From contig NC_134234.1 in the NCBI RefSeq assembly GCF_965152275.1, positions 39,522,920-39,586,919 of the forward strand: a stretch of DNA of 64,000 nt, given 5' to 3'. The position numbers and the translations under genes are program-made. This document shows positions 36,003-48,097 of this stretch, one piece after another; the stretch's first letter is position 1, and the number at the start of each line of letters is the position of its first letter. Source of the stretch: Natator depressus. Taxonomy: Eukaryota. Under the pieces are notes generated by a model, which was not told where the DNA came from, did no database searches, and saw nothing but the letters and a program-made list of their open reading frames with translations.

Positions 36003-39000
36003 TCTTCAAGTGCTTGCGTACGTCCATTCCAATGTAGATGTTTGCGTGCCCCAAATACAGTTGCTAGAAATTTTCCTCTCAGTGGTATCTGTAGGGTCAG
36101 CTCTGGCACCTTCTGGTGCTGTGTACTCATAACGCTGGTATAAAGGGCCCCTCAGTTCCTCCTTATCGCCCGTGACAGTTGCTGGAACTGTTCTAACTTG
36201 CTATCACAAGTTTCTCAGTGGACTGTGGTTTTTTCTGTTAATTGCATATAGTTCTCTTTATAGTTTAGTTTTTCTCTATTAGCAGAGCTTAGGACTTCAA
36301 GTCTTGTGCCCCCTACAACGAGGCTATGCCCCTGAGTGACCTGCACTTCAGATAATAGGTGCTGACTACATGGGTGCTTTGGGACTGGAACACCCACGGG
36401 GGAAAAAATAGTGGGTGCTCCCCCAGCAGCGGCCCCACTGATCAGCTCCTCCCCCTCCCTTCTGCCAGTGATCAGCTGTTCAACGGCATGCAGGAGGCAC
36501 TGAGGGGGAGGAGCAGGGGCAGAAAGAGGCAGGGTGAAGTGGGGGCAGGGCCTGCGGTGGAGCGGGAGTCAAGCACCCCCAGGGAAACCAGAAAGTCCAC
36601 ACCTCTGCTTCAGATGCCTGACATGCTTGGGTGGGGCTCACACCAAGGACCCACTGCAAGATTTGCAGGGATTTTAAGCCCCTTACCAAGAAGGATCAGG
36701 AGGCCAGCTTGAAGTCCCTGCTGTTGGAGGCTGTGCTGAGACCTTCCTTGGAGCCGTGCCGATCGGACTTGCCACTGAGCACTTCATCATGGGTGAGGAG
36801 TGCTCCTCCCACCATGGCAGTCTTGGCACCATTCAGCATCCCCAGTGCCAAGGAAGAAGCAGAAGAAGCTGCAGCTGAGAGAGGTCGTTTCCCATCCCCA
36901 AAGGAGGAAAGGCACGGAGAGCAGAACGGAGTGCGACCTGTGTCAGGCCACTCCTGCCCCGGCAGCCCAGAAGCTGGTGCCGTTGATTCTGGCCCTTATG
37001 TGGGTACCATTGAGTCTGGCTCTGGAAGACCCACCCACACTGGAAGGTCGGCACTGTACCAGTGCTGATGACATAGATGGCACTGCAAAGACGTTTGTTG
37101 CCACCAGGGACATGCTTTCGCTGTCGGTGCTGGCATCACTGGCAGTTCAGGAGTCAGTGATGTCGGTGCCAGGGAGCACAAGGGAGTATGCAGTCACTGG
37201 TCACCATTCGGAGGCCTGGTGCCATTGAAAGGGTAACTGTCCATTTGGTCCCACCACAGTCTTCCCCACCTCAGCACCGATTTCCAGTATCTCTGGGAAC
37301 TACTCATGGTCACCAAGCAGAGACTCATCCTCTGAGTCGGGGTCATACTCCTCCCATCTGAGGAGTTGACCGTGACATGCCTCCAGACATCCCTACCCAG
37401 CTGTGGACTTGGGCTCAGGAATGACATTGGGTTCTTTGCCTCCTGGGTATTGGCCCATGCCCATGCAGTGGCTTTTTTGGAAACTGTGGGCATTTCCATC
37501 TGTGCAGGGGCCCCAGTCGAGGTGCTCCTGATCGGTGGCCTCCGAAAGAGGAGCACCGCCATTCCTTAAGGCAGCGCCTCATCTGGACTCCAGTACCAAG
37601 CTCAGTGCCGAATATCAGGAGCTGGTGCTGTGGGATCAGGTCGGCGAGGAGTGCCATCAGCCGGTATCAGCGTCCACCTCCTCTGCTGCTCAGGCCATGT
37701 CAGGAGCAGGCATGTTACCTTCCCATGATGACTACAAGACACACCAGGAATTACTGAAAAGGGTTGCCAAAATTTGGGGTTACAGGTGGATGTAGTAAGA
37801 GTCCTCAAATAGTCTGGTCAGCATCCTGCTCATGGTGGGCCCATCAAGAGTACCCCTCCCCCACCCCTCAGTGAGGCCATATGGATCTGTTTCCCTACCT
37901 CCCATGGCTAAGAGTGCCAAGAGGAAGTACTTTGTCCCTGCTCACGGCCATGAATTTCTATATATTCATTATTGTCGTCCTCCCCGCTCCCCTCCCCACC
38001 TCACCCCTTGCAGATCCATGGTGGTCTCCCAACGGAAGGGCTCCAAGGCAAAGGACTCCAAGAATCTGGACCTGTTTGGAAAAAAGTCTACCCCACTGGG
38101 GGGTCTGCAGCTTAGGATTGCTAACCAGCAGGTGCTGCTGGGCAGATATGACTTCAACAAGTGGTACTCCATGTTGAAGTCCAAGGACTTGCTGCCACAG
38201 GAAGCTAGACTGGAGTTCTCCCTGGTGGAGGAGGAGAAATCCATAATGAGGGTTTCCCTGCAAGCAGCCCCTGATGCAGCAGATTTGGCAGCCAGGTCCA
38301 TAGCATCTGTGGTAGCCATGTAAGTGTTTGTGGCGTCAGTCCTCCGCCTTCCGCAGGAGGTTCAGTATACCCTCCAGAACCTACCCTTTGAGGGTACTTC
38401 ACTTTTTTCGGAGTAGACCAATACAAAGCTTCACTGTGTGAAAGACTCCAGAGCAACCCTTAAGTCCCTGGGTTTGCATACCCCCGCTACATTGAGGAAG
38501 CACTTCAGATTGAAGCAATCCTCCTGGTTCTTTGACCCTCCCACCCACAGAGGAAACAGAGCTGGGACTTCAGGCATAGGCCACCGCTCCCCCACCGCTT
38601 CAGTCTGCCCCTTGCAGTCACTTGGGCAGCCCTAAGTCCCTTGACGGGACACTCAAGGACGTTGTATCAGTTTGATTTTCCGGATCCTGTTTCCCCTTTG
38701 TTTACAGACTGCTCGTCCCACTTCAAGTGGGCATGCTTCCATAAAACTACAGGCGGTTGTGTGTTGAACATGGTGGAAGTGGGATATACTATCCAGTTCA
38801 GTTCTACCCCTCCTTTCCAGTCCCTCTTCAGGGACCCCTCTCATAAGCAACTTCTGGACTACAACATTCAGCTGCTCCTTTGGGTGGGAGCCGTGGAAGA
38901 CGTTCCACAGGATCTAAAGAGGAAAGGGGTTTATTCCCATTATGTCCTAGTTCCAAAAGCCATCCTGCGCCAGCTCAACAGCTACCTTAAGAAACTGACG

Positions 39001-39300
39001 TTTTACATAGTCTCCTTGGTTTCCATTATTATTCCCTCTGGATCCAGGGGACTGGTCCACCGCCCTCAAATTTGAATGATTCCTACTTTCACATATCTAT
39101 CTTCGAGGTCACAGAAGGTTCCTCACGCACTAGCAATTTGCAGTTCTCCTGTTTGGCCTGTGAGTATTTACAAAGTGCATGGTAGTAGTAGCAGCCTACT
39201 TGAGGAGACAAGGGGTACCCGTATATGGACGAGGCTGGTCAGGGGTCAGTATAGCATCCACTTTATCCGGTCAACATTCAAGGCTCTAGCCTGCTAATAA
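36003..39300 (+). mobile_element. Second DIRS-like element, truncated and degenerate (left ITR, gag-like, start of RT)
   Basis: 36003-36210 (cttcttcaagtgcttgcgtacgtccattccaat...ctcagttcctccttatcgcccgtgacagttgctggaactgttctaac) matches the left ITR of the DIRS at 21128. ORF 37832..38323 (KRKYFVPAHGHEFLYIHY...DLFGKKSTPLGGLQLRIANQQ...) parallels the gag ORFs at 23200-23954. ORF 38641..39075 (LDYNIQLLLWVGAVEDVPQDLKRKGVYSHYVLVPKA) parallels the RT N-terminus (LQEVQSLLAVGAIEEVPRESRGRGFYSRYFLIPKA). Confidence 0.7.
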
Positions 39301-40628
39301 ACTTTTAGAAATTCACTCTCACTCTGGTGCAGAGGATAGTTTATTGGAGCGGTGCTCAACTCTACCCAAGCCCCAGAGCCTTCCTCCCAGAAGTCCAGTT
39401 TCAGGTGATAGTGTTCTTGATCATACACCTCAAGAACCTGTAGCCCAATCTATAGATTAAATTATATATAACCCATATATATAAATTATAGGTTACTTAA
39501 GAATCCCCATTTATCACTTGGAGGGTTGACAGATTTCGGGCTAGAAATAAGTGAATTAATTATGCTTTTTTTGGTCAAATGTTTCTTTTCTCCTATCTTA
39601 AGAAGTTAGCATAGCCAGTGCTACACTGCCATCTAACAAACAATGAGGTCAATAGTGAGAATACATAAAAGGTAGGGCTGTCACGCAATTAAACAATAAT
39701 AGAATACCATTTATTTAAATATTTTTGGGTGTTTTCTACATTTTCAAATATTGATTTCAATTACAACACAATACAAAGTGTACAGTGCTCACTTTTTAAA
39801 TTACAAATATTGGCACTGTAAAAAACAAAAGAAATAGTATTTTTCAGTTAACCTAATACAAGTACTGTAGTGCAGTCTCTTTATCATGAAAGTTGAGCTT
39901 ACAAATACAGAATTTTTACAAAAAAACTGCATTCAAAAATAAAACAATGTAAAACTGTAGAGCCTACATGTCCACTCAGTCCTACTTCAGCCACTCAGGC
40001 AAACAAGTTTAGTTACAATTTGCAGGAGATAATGCTGCCCACTTCTTGTTTACAGTGTCACCTGAAAGTGAGAACAGGCATTCGCATGGCACTGTTGTAA
40101 CTGGTGTTGCAAGATATTTATGTGCCAGATGTACTAAAGATTCATATGTCCCTTCATGCTTCAACCACCATTCTAGAAGATATGCATCCATGCTGGTGAT
40201 GGGTTCTGCTCGATAATGATCCAAAGCAGAGTGGACCGAAGCATGTTCATTTTTATCATCTGAGTCAGATGCCACCAGCAGAAGGTTGATTTTCTTTTTT
40301 GGTGGTTTGGGTTCTGTAGCTTCTGCATCTGAGTGATGCTCTTTTAAGAATTCTGAAAGCATGCTTCACATCTCGTCCCTCTCAGATTTTGGACGGTACT
40401 TCAGATTCTTAAACCTTGGGTCGAGTGCTGTAGCTATTTTTAGAAATCTCACGTTGGTACCTTCTTTGCATTTTGTCAGATCTGCTGTGGAAGTGTTCTT
40501 AAAATGAACATGTGCTGGGCCATCATCTGAGATTGCTATAACACGAAATATATGGCAGAATGCAGGTAAAAGAGAGAGCAGGAGACATACAATTCTCCCC
40601 CAAGGAGTTCAGTCACAAATTTAATTAA

Positions 40629-40630
<2 letters not shown>

Positions 40631-40659
<29 letters not shown>
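40631..40659. repeat. Poly(T) tract (29 nt) inside hAT element copy B
   Basis: Uninterrupted T run. Confidence 0.95.
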
Positions 40660-40663
<4 letters not shown>

Positions 40664-41014
40664 CGAGCATCATCAGCATGGAAGCATGTCCTCTGGAATG
40701 GTGGCTGAAGCATGAAGGGGCATTCGAACTTTAAGCATATCTGGCACATAAATACCTTGCACTGCCGGCAACAAAAGTGCCATGCGAATGCCTTTTCTCA
40801 CTTTCAAGTGACATTGTAAATAAGAAGCAGGCAGCAGTATCTCCTATAAATGTAAACAAATTTGTTTGTCTTAGTGATTGACTGAACAAGAAGTAGAACT
40901 GCGTGGACTTGTAGGATCTAAAGTTTTACATTGTTTTGTTTTTTGAGTGCAGTTATGTAACCCCAAAAAACTACATTTGCAAGTTACACTTTCATAATAA
41001 AGAGATTGCACTAC

Positions 41015-41835
41015 AGTACTCGTATGAGGTGAATTGAAAGCAAATACTCACAAGCAGCTACACACCACAACTAGAAATACTAAAAAAGAAATACTACACA
41101 CAGAAATACTAACCCAGGAACCAGTCCCTGTAACAAACCCCATTGCCTACTCTGTCCCCATTCTACTCTAACGACACCATCGGAGGACCTAACCATATCA
41201 GCCACACCATCAGGGGCTCATTCACCTGCACCTCTACTAATGTGATATGTGCCAGCAATGCCCCTCTGCCATGTACATTGGCCAAACCGGACAGTCTGTA
41301 TGTATAAGAATAAATGGACACAAATCAGATGTCATGAATGGTAACACACAAAAGCCAGTAGGAGAACAGTTCAGTGTCCCTGGACATTCAATAACGGATT
41401 TAAAAGTAGCCACCCTTCAACAAAAAAAATTCAAAAACAGACTTCAGAGAGAAACTGCAGAGCTACAATTCATTTGCAAATTTAAAACCATTAATTTGGG
41501 CTTGAATAGGGACTGGGAGTGGCTGGCTCACTACAAAACAACAGATTTATTTGGGCATAAGTTTTCGTAGGTAAAAAACCCCACTTCAGATGCATGGAGT
41601 GAAAATTACAGATGCAGGCATAAATTATACTGACACATGAAGCAAAGGGAGTTACCTTACAAGTGGAGAACCAGTGTTAACAAGGCCAATTCAGTCAGGG
41701 TGGATGTGGTCCACTCCCAATAATTGATGAGCAGGTGTTAATACCAAGAGAGGGAAGATTGTGTCTTTAAGGTGCCACCGGATTCCTCGTTGTTTTTGTG
41801 GATAGAGACTAACATGGCCACCCCTCTGATACTTG
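41015..41835 (+). mobile_element. Penelope-like element 3' fragment (GIY-YIG endonuclease + tail) inserted into hAT element copy B
   Basis: ORF 41247..41570 (MCQQCPSAMYIGQTGQSVCIRINGHKSDVMNGNTQKPVGEQFSVPGHSITDLKVATLQQKKFKNRLQRETAELQFICKFKTINLGLNRDWEWLAHY) is about 75% identical to the GIY-YIG domain at 50400-50700. The tail ...ctttaaggtgccaccggattcctcgttgtttttgtggatagagactaacatggc follows. Copy B sequence resumes at about 41850. Confidence 0.8.
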
Positions 41836-42416
41836 AAAAATACTATTTTTTGTTTATCATTTTTACAGTGCAAATATTTGTAATAAAAAAAATAAAGTGA
41901 GCACTGTACACTTTGTATTCAGTGTTGTAATAGAAATCAATGTATTTGAAAATGTCAAAAGACGAAAAAAAATTTTAATTGGTGTTCTATTGTTTAACAG
42001 TGCGATTAATTGCGATTAATTTTGTTAATCAGGATTAATTTTTGAGCTAATTGCATGAATGCACTGCAATTAATCAACAGTCTTACAAAGAAGCAATATA
42101 CTTTCATATTATAATTCTAGTTAAATTAACATTCTAAAGGGGGATGAAATTAGGTTTTGAATCTAGTCAGGATTCAGACTTGCATAGGGTAATCACAGGT
42201 AAATAATCTTCACTGAATTTGGCTTTTGCACATACTTAAGTGATCTAATTTGTTAACCTGGCTCCAGGCCTTGGTATTGATAACCTCTAAAAGGTAAATT
42301 AAAAACTTAAAATCTGGCTGTTTCAGCCAACCACCAATCAGGACTACTTATTTAATAAACTTCTGTGGCTTGTATATGTAGTCAGTCCCATTAAACATCT
42401 CTCAATTATATTCTAG

Positions 42417-42671
42417 GTTTGAAGGAGAACAAAAGTGCTTTTGATTTGTTTAATATATCTTCAGAAGAAAAAAATGAATACTCTGAGAATAACCGAAAAA
42501 GAGAGGACTCTTCAGTGGACTATAAATTCATAGAAGAATTCAAATCAAAAGAAAATAAACAATTATACAAGGAAAGGAGGAGCATAAGAGATGAGACCGA
42601 TACCTGGACGTACATTGCTGCAGAAGGTGATCGGGAAGTGGACAATGTATGTCAAATGGAGGAGAATTCTG
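42417..42671 (+). CDS. MPHOSPH8: MPHOSPH8 exon 5
   Basis: Acceptor ttctag ends at 42416. Encodes (S)LKENKSAFDLFNISSEEKNEYSENNRKREDSSVDYKFIEEFKSKENKQLYKERRSIRDETDTWTYIAAEGDREVDNVCQMEENS (human: LKEIRNAFDLFKLTPEEKNDVSENNRKREE...RDETDTWAYIAAEGDQEV...ENSD). GTAAGT donor at 42672. Confidence 0.85.
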
Positions 42672-44217
42672 GTAAGTAATAAAAACAAGTCCACTATTTT
42701 TGCTGTGCAAAAATTGAGTCATACTGAGTTCTACAAAGTTGTATGGCTGTAACTGCCCACTCACATTGCTCTCATCTGAGGAATCTGTTTTTCTGGACTG
42801 ACACCCAGTATTGGAGTCTTGGCAAAGGATCTAAATTTCTAGGGTTCTGCACTAGTCTGTACAGGCAGTATAGCATTGTCTAGACCAGTGTTTCTCAAAT
42901 ACAGACCCCTATGGCCACCAGAGCCTTTTTCTTGCGATCACTGCCTCCTGGGCTGTGATGGGGGCGTACAGAGCAGTAGCCCCTCTCCCAGGGCTGCCAG
43001 CAGTGGTTGGGCCCTGCCCCGCTCCAGAGACAGAAATGCTGGAGGTGCAGGCAGCTGATGAATTCTCCACTTTCCCCTAGGGTAGGGGAGGCAGGCTTTG
43101 GCCATGGGGCTTCGGGGTCCATCCATGCAGTGGCAGGTTCTGGTTCAGGCTTTGGCCCCAGACTCACCTCCCATTCCACCGTCCCTGGGCCCCGCTGCTT
43201 TTATGCCCATCTCCCCATCTAGGGCTTAATTTGTCCCAGGGCTTGCCGGAGCTGAGTAAGTCTACTGTGAAAAGTGATATTAACAAACATACTAATATCA
43301 CTTTTCACAGCAGAAGACTTACCAGCTAGCAAGTCTTGGAGAAAGGGCAACCAAAAAAGCAAAAAAAAAAAACAAAAACAAAAACCCCCAAAACAAGACA
43401 GAACATGCAAAACACTTTGTATTTCTATTCTGTTAATGTCCAGTAAAGAATAGAGACAACTGTAAATTATTTTTATTACTGAGTCTGAAAAAACCCTATA
43501 TAAATAAATTACGATTTGGACATGTATATGTGCATATATTTGTTTTTCCTAAAGTTAATTAAGTGTTTTAGGAAAAATTGTCGGCATGGCCACCAGCCAG
43601 AGTTGGTGGCCACATTCTGAGGCCACCAAAAAATTTGTTGTGAGAACCCCTGGCCTAGACTGCAGAGTTCATGGTCTGTTTACTTTGAGCCCTAAGAAAT
43701 TTGAAGCACGGGGTTAATGAACAACTTCGGAGCAAATTAACTTGGTTATTACACAAAAGGTATTCACACCTGCTGAAATGGATTGATCATTTTAATGATG
43801 TTAAATGTCAGGACTAAACAAGCATTAACTTCTTTGACACCATCTCCTAAAACATCTTTCTTCTCACTTTTAAAAAAAAAAAGGGGGGGGACGGGGGGGT
43901 AATAGTAGGTGGTTTTTTAGCCTGATTAAATTCTTGGGTCAAGGAAATAGTTCCTGCCAGTAAAATCATTGTGTATCTTTTAATTGGTTAGCTCTGCTTT
44001 TGACCACTCAGGTTACTGAACACTTGTGCCAATTTGTAATGTAACATACTATTTGGCGTTTTACCCCACTATGGATCATTACCTCCAGTTTGGCTCTGAA
44101 AAAATAAATGTGCAGGATTCTGTGCACATTATACTGCCAGTCAGTACAGACAGCAGGCAGTGATTACATTTTGGTGGTTAGACAAAACAAGTAACTCATT
44201 TGGGGTTTGTATGATAG

Positions 44218-44343
44218 ATGGCAGGCAGCAAGTCTTGAGTTTGGGAATGGACATGCAATTAGAATGGCTGACCCTGGAAGACTTTCAGAAGCATTTGGAT
44301 GGAGAAGATGAGACTCATTCTTCAACAGAACCAATATCAAGTA
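44218..44343 (+). CDS. MPHOSPH8: MPHOSPH8 exon 6
   Basis: Acceptor atgatag ends at 44217. Encodes (D)GRQQVLSLGMDMQLEWLTLEDFQKHLDGEDETHSSTEPISS (human: DGRQQILSLGMDLQLEWMKLEDFQKHLDGKDEN...). GTAAGT donor at 44344. Confidence 0.85.
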
Positions 44344-44425
44344 GTAAGTAATTTTTGGGAAGAGGGAAAAATTTCTTATCTGGTGTTCTAAAGCGAATAT
44401 TCCAATTGAATGAATTTTCTTTCAG

Positions 44426-44514
44426 CTCTACTGAGGGATGCTGTTAAAAATGGAGACTATGTTACAGTAAAGATGGCGCTTAATTCAAATGAAGAATATA
44501 ATCTGGATCAAGAG
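44426..44514 (+). CDS. MPHOSPH8: MPHOSPH8 exon 7
   Basis: Acceptor ttcag ends at 44425. Encodes (T)LLRDAVKNGDYVTVKMALNSNEEYNLDQE (human: NVLRDAVKNGDYITVKVALNSNEEYNLDQE). GTAATA donor at 44515. Confidence 0.9.
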
Positions 44515-45247
44515 GTAATATCTGTAAAGAGGAGGTATTGAAGGGAAATTTTTTACAAATCCAGTGTATGGAAGAGGAGACTTTACTTAGAGCTCTTCAG
44601 GTTAAACTGTTCAGATTTGAAATTGGTAAGCAAATATGTGCGTAGTTAAATATTACAAATATACTTAAATAGAACCCTAGATTCTAAATTGGCAGGTAAG
44701 CAGGAGCTAACTTTCAGGTATTTGGTTTTTAAATCTGACTAGCTTATATTTAGCATACACATATAGTTGTGTTTTGGGTATTTTAAATGGTTATTGATCT
44801 CTTCTCCATTTCCTTTAAGTAAAACAGTCAGTTAACTCTTTGGGGTTCGTTTCTATTGCAAATGACTGTATGCTGTAAAACTTGACAAGTATTTCTAAAA
44901 TGTATGTACTTCTAAAACATATATATTATATAAAAGCATGAGAAATGGATGGACTTAAATCACTGATTTTTCACCATGATTTAAATCAGCAAGCAGGAAA
45001 CACTGATTAAATCGTGGGTTTTAATCTTGTTTTGCATCTGTACTTTTTAGTTATTTTCCTAAAGAAATGTTGATTCATTGGCTGGTATCCATTACAACAT
45101 GTTGATTTGCAACTAAATACAGCATTTACACTAAATTTGGTAAGTCTTGCTAACCAGGAGGATACATTATATCTATACCAGAGCTTGTGGGAATGATTTG
45201 AATGTGGCCTGGTTATAGTGCACTTGTCCCCCCCAAGCCCATTTACA

Positions 45248-45278
45248 TATGTCTTGCTTTTTTTTTTTTTTTTTTTTT
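45248..45278. repeat. Poly(T) tract (about 31 nt) in MPHOSPH8 intron 7
   Basis: Uninterrupted T run. Confidence 0.95.
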
Positions 45279-45487
45279 GTTTAAATGTAGGTGATCCATG
45301 ATGGTATCCCTGAACTGTGCTGAAGCACTGGGCTATCAAAGATTGTAGCACATTTCAGAGACTTCATTGTGGTCCAACCTATACTTACATGGAACTGTGT
45401 TGTAACTGGGTGCCTTTACAGGTGTAGTTAGTGTAAACAGGCTCCCATTTGTAGATTTTTGACTGAAAAGTAAACAATTTGTTGCAG

Positions 45488-45628
45488 GATTCAAGTGGAA
45501 TGACGCTAGTGATGCTTGCTGCTGCGGGAGGGCATGATGACCTCCTCCGGCTCCTTATCAGAAAAGGAGCTAAAGTCAACTGTAGACAGAAAAATGGAAC
45601 AACTGCATTGATACACGCAGCTGAAAAG
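45488..45628 (+). CDS. MPHOSPH8: MPHOSPH8 exon 8 (ankyrin repeat 1)
   Basis: Acceptor ttgcag ends at 45487. Encodes DSSGMTLVMLAAAGGHDDLLRLLIRKGAKVNCRQKNGTTALIHAAEK, near-identical to human DSSGMTLVMLAAAGGQDDLLRLLITKGAKVNGRQKNGTTALIHAAEK. GTTAGT donor at 45629. Confidence 0.93.
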
Positions 45629-46305
45629 GTTAGTTCCCTTCAACAGTATTCCTACATCTTGGCTTTTATTTTATGTTCAAACTCTCATTGCTCAGCTTGC
45701 TGCATCTAGTTAATTGAAGTATTTGTTCCAAATTTGCATCTGCGCCAGCTACTCAGATTGGTTAGTTGACTGGTGACCTTCAACTGATATTTCTGAATGT
45801 AGTTAATGAAGACAATCTGTTGCAATATGAATGTTTGCTTGAAAATTGTAAATATCAAACTGCTGCTTGTGAAGACTTACTGACAAAGCAGGCAACGTTG
45901 ATCCTATGACAAAACTTCTGTTTTATTTAATCATTTTCTTACTGTGTTTAAGTAAATGAAATAAGACAGTATCAATTTATTTGAAACTTCAAAAGATAAA
46001 ACACCTTACTGTAAAGTTTTATATGTAACAAAGTGTCAGCTATTTCATTTGGAAGTTTAGCTGTTCATGAATTATCTTGTCTTCATTCAGAACGAAAATC
46101 CTCCTGTTCATGACTTGTTGGGGGGACTGTTAAAAGCTTGCAAGTGAACCTGACATTCAGGGGTAACGCAGTACCACTTTGATGCCTTATTTTAGGGTCT
46201 TACACGCTACTAAAATCTTAATCATTCTACATTCTGTATTTAGCTTACTGTCTGAAATATTTTTAAATTTTAAAGTTTAACTGTTCTGTTCTTTTCTTTT
46301 TTAAG

Positions 46306-46392
46306 AACTTTCTAACTACAGTGGCCATTCTTTTGGAAGCTGGGGCTTATCTTAACGTCCAACAGAGCAATGGTGAAACTGCTTTAATGAAG
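46306..46392 (+). CDS. MPHOSPH8: MPHOSPH8 exon 9 (ankyrin repeat)
   Basis: Acceptor ttttttaag ends at 46305. Encodes NFLTTVAILLEAGAYLNVQQSNGETALMK (human: NFLTTVAILLEAGAFVNVQQSNGETALMK). GTAAAT donor at 46393. Confidence 0.93.
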
Positions 46393-46974
46393 GTAAATGC
46401 AGTTTTAGCCTGACGTTGTTTGATATTGTCTAATATTCAGCATTTTAGCAAGCATACTGTAGGAGGACGACAGTGTGGTATGTACAGGTATGTCTGTGGC
46501 CAGGTCTGTTTCCATGGTCTTCTTTCTCAAACCACATTTTAGCTTTAAATATAGGACAAAGATCTACTGTGTGTGTCAAAGCCCTCAGACCGCTGTCATT
46601 AGTGCAGTAATCTTTCAGTCAGTGTACTAATGCATCTCTTACTAAATGGAAAAGCTTATGATAATGCAACAGTAAAGTTGCATGTTGCATGTAATCCCAA
46701 AATACACGTGTCATCTGCACACGGGTTTAACTGCAGGTTGGTTTCTCTGTTCACTTCCCAGATCAAGAGAATGTGAGTTGAGGATTGCAGGCCAGTCTGG
46801 TTCCTTAGCAGGAGGGCAAAAATGCCAAAAAGTGAGATGCCTCCACACCCAATTATTTTTGCCCCCAGGTGATAACCCAGAGTAGGGTTTTCCTGTACTT
46901 GTTTTCTAGCAAGAGAAGGTCGGTCAGTGTTGTAATGGGGAAATGCTGAGACCCTCAATGTCCCTGGGAAGAAC

Positions 46975-47525
46975 AAGGTTGGTGAGGTAATGTCTTTTAT
47001 TGTGCCAACTTATGTTAGCAAGAGAGACAAGCTTTCAAGACACACAGCGCTCTTCTTCAGGTCTGGGAAAGGTAGGTACACCCAGATTCACAGCAAAATG
47101 CAAGGAGGAACAGATTGTTTAGCGTAAGTAGCAAGCAAATATTGTAAGGGACCATTCAAGGTAGAGTGGTCCATTAACACCTCTGCAGCCATAGGACAAA
47201 GAGTGTTGTAATAAGCCATAAATTCAGTGTCTCTGTTCAGTTCATGATTTTTAGTGTCTAGCAGAGTAATGAATATAAGCTCCCAGACTCGTCTTTTAAA
47301 AGTGCTGTGCGGGTTTCCTTTGAGTATGATATCATTCTACTTTGCATTTTGCTGTGATGCTGGGAGTACCTTTCCCAGGCCTGAAGAAGAGCTCTTGTGT
47401 GGTTTGGAAGCTTCTCTTGCTCACCAACAGAAGTTGGTCCAACAAAAGATATTACCTCCCTCACCTTCTCTCTCCAATATCCTGGGACTGACATGGCTAC
47501 AACTACGCTGCATACAACCTGGGAA
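46975..47525. mobile_element. Inverted pair of Penelope-associated hammerhead-type short repeats (palindromic, about 550 bp)
   Basis: Left arm 46983-47085 (...agcaagagagacaagctttcaagacacacagcgctcttcttcaggtctgggaaagg). Right arm 47371-47520 (tttcccaggcctgaagaagagctcttgtgtggtttggaagcttctcttgctcaccaacagaagttggtccaac...ctccaatatcctgggactgacatggctacaac). The arms are reverse complements. Each carries a CUGAAGA...GAAAGCUUGUCUCU hammerhead-like core, partly mutated. Confidence 0.6.
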
Positions 47526-47942
47526 GAACGGTCAGACAGGTGGACTGTATTTAATGTTCTATCCAGCGACTCATTACATCAGCTCTCACAAGGAATGTTG
47601 AAGTTCTCATACTAGGGTTAGATTGTCCATGGTAAGTGAAATGCATAACTTTTGTGGACAGCATAATCTATTTAGAGGGAATCATCAAGAATATGGATGA
47701 CACGTATGATAGGTTTATAAGTAGGAGACTTGTAATTTAAAATCTGAAATTAACATCCAGAAAGAATTAAAAGTACTGGAGTGTAACCTGTAACTATTGT
47801 GATTGAGTTCAATTTTATGAACTCCTCAATTCCCAGTTAGTTTTTAAAATACTGATTCTGCTGTAATTCAGTTCTCATTATGAAGTATTTTGCTACTTCA
47901 CGTGTGTGTGTGTGTGTTGTTTTTTTCCCCTTTCATGTGTAG

Positions 47943-48097
47943 GCTTGTAAGAGAGGAAACTCTGACATTGTACGACTTATGATTGAAAGTGGAGCAGATT
48001 GTAACATTTTGTCAAAGCATCAGAACAGTGCACTTCATTTTGCTAAACAGTGTAATAATGTACTGGTGTATGATCTGCTCAAGAGTCACTTGGAAAC
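47943..48097 (+). CDS. MPHOSPH8: MPHOSPH8 exon 10 (ankyrin repeat)
   Basis: Acceptor tttcatgtgtag ends at 47942. Encodes ACKRGNSDIVRLMIESGADCNILSKHQNSALHFAKQCNNVLVYDLLKSHLET (human: ACKRGNSDIVRLVIECGADCNILSKHQNSALHFAKQSNNVLVYDLLKNHLET). GTAAGT donor at 48098. Confidence 0.93.

Larger units (their letters stand above)
39545..42060. mobile_element. Palindromic hAT-derived non-autonomous element, copy B, interrupted by a Penelope-like element fragment
   Basis: Long inverted arms. The left arm carries a hATC fragment on the minus strand (ORF 40009..40362: SMDAYLLEWWLKHEGTYESLVHLAHKYLATPVTTVPCECLFSLSGDTVNKK). The right arm (40680-40870) encodes the same domain on the plus strand (EACPLEWWLKHEG...HKYLALPATKVPCECLFSLSSDIVNKKQAA). 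Termini tagggctgtcacgcaattaa (39673) and gcgattaattttgtt..caattaatcaacag (about 42000-42060). Central part collinear with copies A and C. Confidence 0.75.

Noticed and set aside
41691-41873. CTGATGAG-like string (aattgatgagcagg) in the Penelope tail fragment
   Set aside because: No helix II can be formed after the GATGAG, and there is no properly spaced GAAA. Not a hammerhead.
47254-47601. ORFs of 115 and 78 aa on opposite strands
   Set aside because: They sit in the spacer and arms of the inverted hammerhead-type repeat pair. No homology. Spurious.
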